Origin: Myxococcota bacterium
GTDB lineage: Bacteria > Myxococcota_A > UBA796 > UBA2385
Direction of reading: 5' to 3'
NCBI GenBank assembly: GCA_044344255.1
Contig: JBIJDH010000008.1
Coordinates: 32,001 to 96,000, forward strand
DNA length: 64,000 nt
Made by a program: the position numbers and the translations under genes. This document shows, in pieces, positions 27,283-34,840 of this stretch (within the stretch, counting starts at the first letter, position 1; each line of letters opens with the position of its first letter). The notes beneath the pieces were generated by a model. It did not search any database. It had not been told where the DNA came from and saw only the letters and a program-made list of their open reading frames with translations.

Positions 27283-28518
27283 ATGCGCCCTTGGATCTAC
27301 CCGCTCCACACCCTGCTCCTCCTCGCCGCCGCGTGCAGCCCGAAGGGCGAAGACAACACAGAAGACAGCGCGGTCGGGGGTGACGGCACGGATGGCACCG
27401 ACGGCACCGACGGCACCGATGGGACCGACGGCACCGACGGCACCGACGGCACCGATGGGACCGACGGCACCGATGGGACCGACGGCGGCGGCTCCAACAA
27501 CTATGGGGACTGCGACCCCACCCTCGTCGACGCCCTGCCGGTCTACGCGGGCGACCCCGCGGGGCTCTCCGAGGCCCTCTACTGCGAGGGCACCGCCACC
27601 ACGGAGGAGGAGTGCATGGCCTGCGGCCCCACTTGCATGGAGGCGCTCGCCACGGTGTTCAACACGGAGCACTCGTACTCCGGCTACGGCTACTCCATCT
27701 CCTTCACCTGTGGGCCCACCTGGGTCGACGAGGCCTGCTGCTTCCCCGCCTCGATCGGCGAGTGGGTCGAGGGGCGCCCCCTCCCCTCCCCGGAGGGCCC
27801 CTGCGCCGCCCCCACCGAGCGCGGCTCGGGCTGGGCGGCGAAGCTCCGCGTCGGAGCGGTCCCTCCCGAGGTCGCCGCCCGCCTCGTCCAGGCCTGGTCG
27901 CGCACGGCGTCGATGGAGCAGGCCTCGGTGGCGAGCTTCGGGCGCTTCGTGATGCAGCTCCTCGCGCTCGGCGCCCCGGCCGAGCTCGTGCGGGCCGCCG
28001 GGGAGGCCCTCTCCGACGAGGTCGTGCACGCGCAGGTCGCCTACGGCCTCGCCAGCGCCTGGGCGGGAGCGCCGCTGCGCCCGGGCCGCCTGCCCCTCAC
28101 CGAGGTGCCCGAGGTCTTCGACCCCGCCGGCGTGCTCCTCGAGACCTTCCGCGACGGCTGCATCAACGAGGCCCTGGCCGCCGCCGAGGCCACCCTCGCC
28201 CTCACCCAGGCCGAAGACCCCGCCGTCCGCGCCGCGCTCACCCGCGTGGCGGCCGACGAGGCCCGCCACGCCGCGCTCGCCTGGCGCACCGCCCGTTGGC
28301 TCATCGACACCTACGACCTGTCCACCGAGCCGCTGCGCGAGGCCCTGCTCGCCGAGGCCCGCCGCGTCGCCGGGCTCCGCGGAGAGGACCCCGGTCTGCC
28401 CCGGTACGGCCTGCTCTCCGCCCGCGACCGCCGCACCTTGGCCCGCGACGTGCTCCTCGAGGTGGTCGGCCCCGCCCTCTCCGCCCTCGAGGCCCCCGCC
28501 GTTCGGGCGGCCGCCTGA
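27283..28518 (+). CDS. Lipoprotein with (GTD)11 linker, Cys-rich region and ferritin-like di-iron domain
   Basis: Lipobox LAAA-C; CC...EGRP junction; MEQASVASF, DEVVHA, GCINE, DEARHA ligand pattern. Confidence 0.82.
   Translation: MRPWIYPLHTLLLLAAACSPKGEDNTEDSAVGGDGTDGTDGTDGTDGTDGTDGTDGTDGTDGTDGTDGGGSNNYGDCDPTLVDALPVYAGDPAGLSEALYCEGTATTEEECMACGPTCMEALATVFNTEHSYSGYGYSISFTCGPTWVDEACCFPASIGEWVEGRPLPSPEGPCAAPTERGSGWAAKLRVGAVPPEVAARLVQAWSRTASMEQASVASFGRFVMQLLALGAPAELVRAAGEALSDEVVHAQVAYGLASAWAGAPLRPGRLPLTEVPEVFDPAGVLLETFRDGCINEALAAAEATLALTQAEDPAVRAALTRVAADEARHAALAWRTARWLIDTYDLSTEPLREALLAEARRVAGLRGEDPGLPRYGLLSARDRRTLARDVLLEVVGPALSALEAPAVRAAA
27385..27483 (+). repeat. Coding 9-bp tandem repeat, 11 copies encoding GTD
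   Basis: GG(C/G)AC(C/G)GA(C/T) x11. Confidence 0.95.
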
Positions 28519-28594
28519 GGGCGCTCGACCGGGCGCCCTGCGATCCGGGGCGGTTGAGGGTGGGGCGGCCCGTTCGGCAGGGTCGAGATAGACT

Positions 28595-30817
28595 GTGACG
28601 ATGTCGCAGCACTTCCCGACACGCATCGGCCTCTACCTCCCCGAGCGGCTCATCGGCCGCGGCGCCATGGCGGCGGTCTACCTCTGCCGGGCCCCCGACG
28701 GGTCGGCGGTGGCCGTCAAGTGGATGGATCAGCCCCACCCGGCGCTGCTCCGCCGCTTCGAGCGAGAGATCGCCGCCCTCGGGAAGGTCGACCACCCCGG
28801 CGTGGTGAGCGTGCTTGACCACGGTGAGGAGGACGGCCGCCCCTTCCTCGTGATGACCTACGAAGAGGGGGTCGACCTCCGGGTCTACGCGCCCAAGCTC
28901 CACCAGCGCGCCCCCGCCGAACGGTACGCCCGGGTGCGGGCCATCGGCGCCGCCCTCGCGCAGGTGCTCGACCACCTGCACCAGCACCAGCTCGTGCACC
29001 GCGACGTCAAGCCGAGCAACGTGCTCCTCACTGAGGACGGCCGCGTGGTGCTCACCGACTTCGGCGTGGTGAAAGACCTCGGCGATCCCGAGCGCACGGC
29101 GGCCGGCACCGTGGTGGGCACCATCGCCTTCGCCGCCCCCGAGCAGGTCGAAGGGGAGGCCGTCGAGCCCCGCACCGACCTCTTCGGCCTCGGCGCGACG
29201 CTCTATTACCTCCTCACCCAACGTCGGCCCTTCGAGGGGCTCTCGCGCAGCACGCTGCCGCCCCCCTCCCGCTTCGATCCCGGCATCCCGCCCGATCTCG
29301 AGGCCGTGGTGCTGCGGCTGATGGCCCCGCACCCCCACCACCGCTACCCCGACGCGCGCACCGCGGGGGCCGCCCTGGCCGCCGGTCGCCCCGAGGGGGT
29401 CACCATCGCAGGCCGCCAAGCCGCCCTCGACGCTGTCGCCCACGCGCTCAGCCGCGCGCGCGAGGGGGTCCCCGTCGTCGTTCGCCCCCGAGGTCCGCTC
29501 GGGGCGGGCAAGGGCTGGCTGAGCGACATGGTGCGCCAGAACGCGCGCCGCAGCGGCATCCCCGTCTATGTGCTGCGCGACGGTGAGCCTCCCGACGAGG
29601 CCCTCGACGAGCTGCGCTCCGGCCGGGGCTCGGTCGTCGTCTCCCCGATCGACCTCGAGCTCCCCGAGGGGGTCGAGCAGGTCGACATCCCGCTCCAGTC
29701 GCTCGGCCTCGCCGACGTGCGCCGCACCGTGGTCGGCGCCGCGCCCCGCACCCGCGAGCCCGCTCGTGTCGCCGAGCTGCTCCATCGCCTGACCGGCGGT
29801 ATCCCCGGGCTGCTCGTCCCCCTGATCGGGCGCTATACGGTGGACGAGGCGCTCGATCTGCCCGATCCCGTCGAGGCCCCCTCCGTCCTCGACGACTACA
29901 CGGGCGGCCTCGACCTCGACGACACCGAGGTGCTGGGCGTGCTCTCCCTGACCGATGAGCCCGCCAGCGCCGCCCTCATCGAGCGGGTCACGATGGCCCC
30001 CGCCGAGGCCTCGCTCACCACGCTCGAGGCGCGCGGCATCGCCCGCCAGATCGACGGCCGCTGGTGCATCACCGCCGAGCTCTTCCGGGCGGCCGGCCGG
30101 GGCGGCACGGTAGACCCCATCGGCATGGCCGAGCGCATCGAGCGGGCCCGCGCCGAGCTCGGGGAGTCGAGCAGCCTCGAGCGCCTCCGGGCCGAGCTCG
30201 CCGGCATCGACACCCTCACCCGCGAAGACGAGCTCCAGCTCGCGCTCAGCGGGGCGCGCGCCGCCGTCCAGTCTTCCGCCGCCCTCGGCCTCGCGGCCTC
30301 GCAGTGCGCGGCGCTCAACGCCCTCGGGCTGGTCCTCCTCGAGGCGGACCGCCCCACCGAGGCCACCGCCGTCCTCGCCGACGCCACCGCGCTCGCCCGC
30401 GCCGCCGACCGCACCGACGAGCACCGGCTCTCTCACGTGCTGCGCGCCGCCGCCACCCTCGACGAGCGCCCCCGCGATCGGGCCGCCGCCGCCGCCGCCA
30501 TTGACCGCCTGCTGCCCCTCCTCGGCGGGGCCGCCTCCCGCCCCTCCAACGCGACCGACGCGCGCCTCTTCGCCACCTGGGCCCGCGCCGCCGCGATCCT
30601 CGGTGATCGGGGTGGCTGGATGAAGGGCGAGCAGGAGGCCGCGACCCGCCTCCCCGGCCTGTCCGACCAAGAGCGGCCGCCTGTGCTCTTCGAGCTCGGC
30701 CGCGCCGCATTTCTCCGCGGAGATCGCGCCGCCGCCGAGCGCTGGCTCCAGGAGATCGACGCCGGGGCCTCGCCGCTACACGCGCGGAAGGCCCAAGCCC
30801 TGCTCGGCCACCCCTGA
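28595..30817 (+). CDS. Hanks-type Ser/Thr kinase with degenerate P-loop region and helical-repeat tail
   Basis: IGRGAMAAVY, VAVK, HRDVKPSN, DFG, APE, DLFGLG; later GPLGAGKG and TGGIP; start GTG 28595 or ATG 28601. Confidence 0.9.
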   Translation: MTMSQHFPTRIGLYLPERLIGRGAMAAVYLCRAPDGSAVAVKWMDQPHPALLRRFEREIAALGKVDHPGVVSVLDHGEEDGRPFLVMTYEEGVDLRVYAPKLHQRAPAERYARVRAIGAALAQVLDHLHQHQLVHRDVKPSNVLLTEDGRVVLTDFGVVKDLGDPERTAAGTVVGTIAFAAPEQVEGEAVEPRTDLFGLGATLYYLLTQRRPFEGLSRSTLPPPSRFDPGIPPDLEAVVLRLMAPHPHHRYPDARTAGAALAAGRPEGVTIAGRQAALDAVAHALSRAREGVPVVVRPRGPLGAGKGWLSDMVRQNARRSGIPVYVLRDGEPPDEALDELRSGRGSVVVSPIDLELPEGVEQVDIPLQSLGLADVRRTVVGAAPRTREPARVAELLHRLTGGIPGLLVPLIGRYTVDEALDLPDPVEAPSVLDDYTGGLDLDDTEVLGVLSLTDEPASAALIERVTMAPAEASLTTLEARGIARQIDGRWCITAELFRAAGRGGTVDPIGMAERIERARAELGESSSLERLRAELAGIDTLTREDELQLALSGARAAVQSSAALGLAASQCAALNALGLVLLEADRPTEATAVLADATALARAADRTDEHRLSHVLRAAATLDERPRDRAAAAAAIDRLLPLLGGAASRPSNATDARLFATWARAAAILGDRGGWMKGEQEAATRLPGLSDQERPPVLFELGRAAFLRGDRAAAERWLQEIDAGASPLHARKAQALLGHP

Positions 30818-32041
30818 GGCGCGGACCGCCTCGGGGATGGCCTGCCGCTCGAGGCGCTTCAGCACCTCGGCCGCAGGGATGACCTCGGCGAAGACCACGA
30901 CCTGCTCGGCCAGCTCGGCCGGCAGAGGCCCACCAGCCTCGGCCAGGAGGCGCTTGGAGACCGCGAGCACCACGTTCTTCGGCGTGGCCGCGACTCGCTG
31001 CTGGAGCCAGCCCCGCCGCCAGTAGCCGAGGATGTCCAGGTGGCCCACCCGCCCGTCCTTGCGGAAGCTGAGGTCGGGCACGATCAGGCTCTGCCCGCCC
31101 ATCGTCACGAGCTCCCCGGGCTCCAGGCTCCAGCCGCTGTCGAGCGCCTGGAAGCGGTCGCGGAAGAAGCGTTCGGCCTGGCTCTCCCAGGTCCCGGTCT
31201 CGCGGAGGGGGCTCTTCAGGCCGAGCTCCGAGCTGAGGGAGAGGGTCTTCCGCGCCGGCCGCTCCTTACCCCAGAGGAGCTCAGCCTCGACGGTCCACGG
31301 GGGATCCATCGCGAGCACGGCGGCGAAGGCCCCGGCGAGCTGGCGGCCGTAGCGGGTGGTCTGCTTGAGCAGGCTCTCGGGCCCGTCGACCTCGATGACC
31401 ACCGCGCCATCGTCCCGTCGGCCCGCCCGGAACATCAGCTCTTGGAACTTGAGCTGCCGGAAGAGGAGGCGGAGGCGCTTCGGGCTCGGGCGGCGGATGA
31501 TCACCTGGAGGTGGGTGGCCCGGAGGAGGAGAGACTGGGCGAGCACGACGTTGTAGCGGTCGAGGAGGGCCTCGGCGGTCTCGGGGCCGTCAAAGCCCTG
31601 CAGGAGCGCGGCCTCGGGCAGGTCGCTGTAGAGGAGGGCGGGGAGCACCGGGTCCTCGGCCTCTACCCCGAGCGCCTGGGCGGCCTCGCGGAGGACCTGC
31701 AGGGCGGGGGCTCCGGGGGTGACCGGACCGATGGCGGCGGCGCGGGTGAAGGCCTCGCGCCGAAAGGCGACCGCGTCCACCAGGGCTGGGGCGTCGAGGG
31801 TGCAGCGGTCGAACATCACCTTGGCGAGGCCGCGCACGAGCTTGATGTCGGTCTCGGTGCCCTCCACCTCTGCGAGGGCCTCCTCGATCTCCCCGCGGCT
31901 CCAGCGCTCCTTCACCGCGGGGAGGAAGACGCCGAGCACGTCCAGGGCCCGCTGCTGGGCGGCGTCGTCGGCGGCCGCCAGCCATTGGGGGAGGAGCGCC
32001 GGCCCCTTCACGCGGCCTCGGAGCAGCTCAGTCGTAAGCAT
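30776..32041 (-). CDS. DUF790 / Bax1-like endonuclease
   Basis: MLTTELLR, KLVRGLAK, LYSDL, RYNVVLAQSLL, DGPESL...TRYG, ES..E..F, VPD.SF...LDILGYW; coupled to XPB-like gene. Confidence 0.85.
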   Translation of the reverse strand: MLTTELLRGRVKGPALLPQWLAAADDAAQQRALDVLGVFLPAVKERWSRGEIEEALAEVEGTETDIKLVRGLAKVMFDRCTLDAPALVDAVAFRREAFTRAAAIGPVTPGAPALQVLREAAQALGVEAEDPVLPALLYSDLPEAALLQGFDGPETAEALLDRYNVVLAQSLLLRATHLQVIIRRPSPKRLRLLFRQLKFQELMFRAGRRDDGAVVIEVDGPESLLKQTTRYGRQLAGAFAAVLAMDPPWTVEAELLWGKERPARKTLSLSSELGLKSPLRETGTWESQAERFFRDRFQALDSGWSLEPGELVTMGGQSLIVPDLSFRKDGRVGHLDILGYWRRGWLQQRVAATPKNVVLAVSKRLLAEAGGPLPAELAEQVVVFAEVIPAAEVLKRLERQAIPEAVRASGVAEQGLGLPRV

Positions 32042-33389
32042 CGTGCTTCCTGCGGCGGGCGCTGGTGGCCACCTCGGTGGTGTCGCTGGCGACGAGCTCG
32101 TAGAGGATGGCCTGCTTGCCGTGGCCGGGGCGGAGGATGCGGCCGAGGCGCTGCACGTGCTCGCGCACCGTGCCAGAGCCCGACAGCACGATGGCGACCT
32201 CGGCGGCCGGCAGGTCGACCCCCTCGTTGAGCACCCGGCTGGTGGCCAGCACCGGCAGCTCCCCGGAAGAGAAGCGGTCGAGCAGCTCCCTCCGCTCTCG
32301 GAGGTCGGTGCGGTGGGTGATGCAGGGCACGAGGAAGTCGCGGCTCACCCGGTAGGCCGTGGCGTTGTCGTGCGTGAAGATGATGGTGCGGCGGCCCCGC
32401 TCGGCCTGGAGGAGCCGCCCGAGGGCGTGGAGCTTCTCTTCGGTGCCGTGCGCGATGCGGCGGCTCTCGAGGTAGGCCTGGTACGCCGCGCGCCCCTCAC
32501 GGCTGCGGGCCGACTCTCGGAGGAAGCTCTGCCAGCCCCCCGGCCCGCCGAGGTAGAGCCGGCGCTGCTCACAGAAGTCGGTGAAGACCTTGCGGCGCTC
32601 TTGGTAGCGGCTGAGCTCCTCCGACGACAGGGCGACGGGGACCCGCACCGTCTCGTACTCCGCGAGGTACTCGCCCGCGAGATCGGTGATGCCCCGCTCG
32701 AAGACCACCGAGCCGGTGGCATGATCGATCTCCTCGTGCCGCCCGTCCTGCCGCTCCCAGGTGGCGGTGAGGCCCAGCCGGAAGGGGGCGAGCGCCGCCT
32801 CCGCGGCGGAGAGGTAGCCGGGAGCGGGCAGGTGGTGAGCCTCATCGAAGACGAGCAGGCCGAAGCGGTCACCATACCGGTGGAGGTAAAGGTAGGCGGA
32901 GTCATAGGTGGAGACCGTGAGCGGGCGGAGCTCGTGCTGCCCGCCACCCAAGACGCCGATCTCCCCGCCGAAGCTGCGCTCCAGCCGGTCAACCCACTGG
33001 TTCACGAGGTCCAAGGTGGGGGCGAGCACCAGCGTCGGCCGCTTGGTGCTGGCGATGCAGAGCTCGGCCACCAGGGTCTTGCCGGCCCCGGTGGGCAGGA
33101 GGACCACCCCGCGCCGGTCGGCGGCGACCCAGGCGTCGTGGGCCTCCTGCTGGTAGGGGCGAGGCTGCCGAGGGTCTCGCAAGGCGAGGTCAGACAGGGG
33201 CTCCCAGCGCCGCGCCTCGTCCTTGAAGGGCACCGAGCGCTCGCGGAGGTGACGAACCGTGATCGCGTAGAGCCAGCCCGGGGCCCGCGCCGCCCCCACC
33301 CGGTCGTCGAAGACGAAGCCCGCTGGCAGGCTCCCGCAGGGGAGCTCCGTGACGAGGAGCGTGCCATCCTGGTAGCGGAGGTGGACCAT
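32028..33389 (-). CDS. XPB/Rad25-like SF2 DNA helicase
   Basis: PRPYQ, LPTGAGKT, DEAHH, LGLTAT.ERQDG (RED-like), VLNEGVDLP, QRLGRILR. Confidence 0.9.
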   Translation of the reverse strand: MVHLRYQDGTLLVTELPCGSLPAGFVFDDRVGAARAPGWLYAITVRHLRERSVPFKDEARRWEPLSDLALRDPRQPRPYQQEAHDAWVAADRRGVVLLPTGAGKTLVAELCIASTKRPTLVLAPTLDLVNQWVDRLERSFGGEIGVLGGGQHELRPLTVSTYDSAYLYLHRYGDRFGLLVFDEAHHLPAPGYLSAAEAALAPFRLGLTATWERQDGRHEEIDHATGSVVFERGITDLAGEYLAEYETVRVPVALSSEELSRYQERRKVFTDFCEQRRLYLGGPGGWQSFLRESARSREGRAAYQAYLESRRIAHGTEEKLHALGRLLQAERGRRTIIFTHDNATAYRVSRDFLVPCITHRTDLRERRELLDRFSSGELPVLATSRVLNEGVDLPAAEVAIVLSGSGTVREHVQRLGRILRPGHGKQAILYELVASDTTEVATSARRRKHDAYD

Positions 33390-33431
33390 GAACCCCCCGC
33401 TAACGGGTCGTCGGCCGAAGTGAACTGACGT

Positions 33432-34793
33432 TCAGGGTGCGCCGGCGCCCTTCGTCTGCACCGCGGCGATCGAAGGGGGCAGGCTCCAGGGCTCCTTCAC
33501 GATGGCGCAGCTCTTGCCCACCTTCTGCTCATAGACCGCCATCGCGGCTTGGATCCGGAGGTTGTTCGGGTAGTACGAGGCGGCCCGCTCGCAGGACTCT
33601 CGGGCCAGCTCGAGGTCACCCGCCGCGAGGCCGGCCAGGATGTCAACGCGGAGGAACTCAGGCCGCTCCGAATTGCGCCACTGGGCGCGGTCCAGCACCA
33701 CCAGGGCCTCCTCCGGGCGCTCCTGGGCGACGTAGATGTCGGCGAGGAGGGTGGCCATCTGCCAGTTGCGCATCATGTGACGGCGATCGCCGTCGACCAG
33801 CTCTTCGGCGTAGGGCAGGTCGCCGGAGGCGATGGCGTAGCGGGCCTGCGCCAAGGTGTCGCGGAGCGCGAGGTCGTTTCGCAGCGCGGCGAGCCACAGC
33901 CAGGAGCCCGCCTCGTCGAGGCGGCCAGCGGCGGTGAGCGCCTCGGCGTACGCGGTCATCGCCACTCCCGAGCGCGGGTGCATCGAGAGGGCCCGCTCCG
34001 TGACGTCGAGGGCACCCTCCACGTCTCCCGCAGAGAGGAGGTCCTCCGAGGCGTAGACGTAGGTGATGAGCTCGCTCGCCGAGCCCTCTCCCGCCGCGAC
34101 CTGAGACAGCCGCAGCGCCGCGGCCTCCCGACCGTAGCCCAGCGCTCGGAGCGTCTCGGCGTGCCAGCTGATGGCGCTCTGCTCGTAGTAGGCCGAGCCC
34201 TCGGAGAGCAGGAAGTCCCCCTCCGCGTCCGGAAAGTGTCCCTTGTGCGCGCGACACACACCACGCATGGCGTAGAGGTCAGCGTTGTCCGGGTCGGTCT
34301 TGAGGGCGGCGGAGATCTGCTCCACCGCGAGGCCCCACTGGCCCCGGTCCATCAGGATCTGGGCGGTGGCGAGGGGGACGATGGGAGTGCTGCGCGTTAC
34401 CGCGGTGTTCACTTTGCCGCCCTTCCCCGCGCCGCGACCGCCCTTCCCGCCCTTCTTACCCTTGCCCGCTTTTCCGCCTTTGCCCGCCTTTCCGCCCTTC
34501 CCAGCCTTGCTCCCCTTCCCGGCCTTTCCGCCCTTCCCAGCCTTGCCCCCCTTCCCGGCTTTGCTACCCTTACCCGCTAGCCCCGGCCGGTTGCCCTGCT
34601 TGAACTTCCCGCCGCCCCCGGCCTCTCCGGACTTGACGGGCGCCGCACCGTCGGCACCCTGGGCACCCTCACCTGCCGAGCCCACCGGCCCGACCAGGAG
34701 CAGGGCACCCGTCACGAGGGCCAGCAGGACCGCCCGCAGACGGCCCCGGGTTCTAAAAGAACCTGTTTCTTCGCCCTCAGTCAAGCCGGTCAC
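33432..34793 (-). CDS. Exported or membrane-anchored TPR protein with a Lys/Gly tandem tract
   Basis: GTG 34793 with GGAGG RBS; hydrophobic segment VLLALVTGALLLVG; GKG(G/S)KA repeats; TPR-like helices (DPDNADLYAMRG, YYPNN). Confidence 0.75.
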   Translation of the reverse strand: MTGLTEGEETGSFRTRGRLRAVLLALVTGALLLVGPVGSAGEGAQGADGAAPVKSGEAGGGGKFKQGNRPGLAGKGSKAGKGGKAGKGGKAGKGSKAGKGGKAGKGGKAGKGKKGGKGGRGAGKGGKVNTAVTRSTPIVPLATAQILMDRGQWGLAVEQISAALKTDPDNADLYAMRGVCRAHKGHFPDAEGDFLLSEGSAYYEQSAISWHAETLRALGYGREAAALRLSQVAAGEGSASELITYVYASEDLLSAGDVEGALDVTERALSMHPRSGVAMTAYAEALTAAGRLDEAGSWLWLAALRNDLALRDTLAQARYAIASGDLPYAEELVDGDRRHMMRNWQMATLLADIYVAQERPEEALVVLDRAQWRNSERPEFLRVDILAGLAAGDLELARESCERAASYYPNNLRIQAAMAVYEQKVGKSCAIVKEPWSLPPSIAAVQTKGAGAP

Positions 34794-34840
34794 AGAGCAC
34801 CTCCTGGAACAGCGGCCCACCCTATCGACACAGGATTCAC

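Noticed and set aside
27385..34580. Collagen triple helices from the GTD and GKG/GKA triplets
   Set aside because: The tracts are short, lack Pro and are partly interrupted; better explained as flexible linkers
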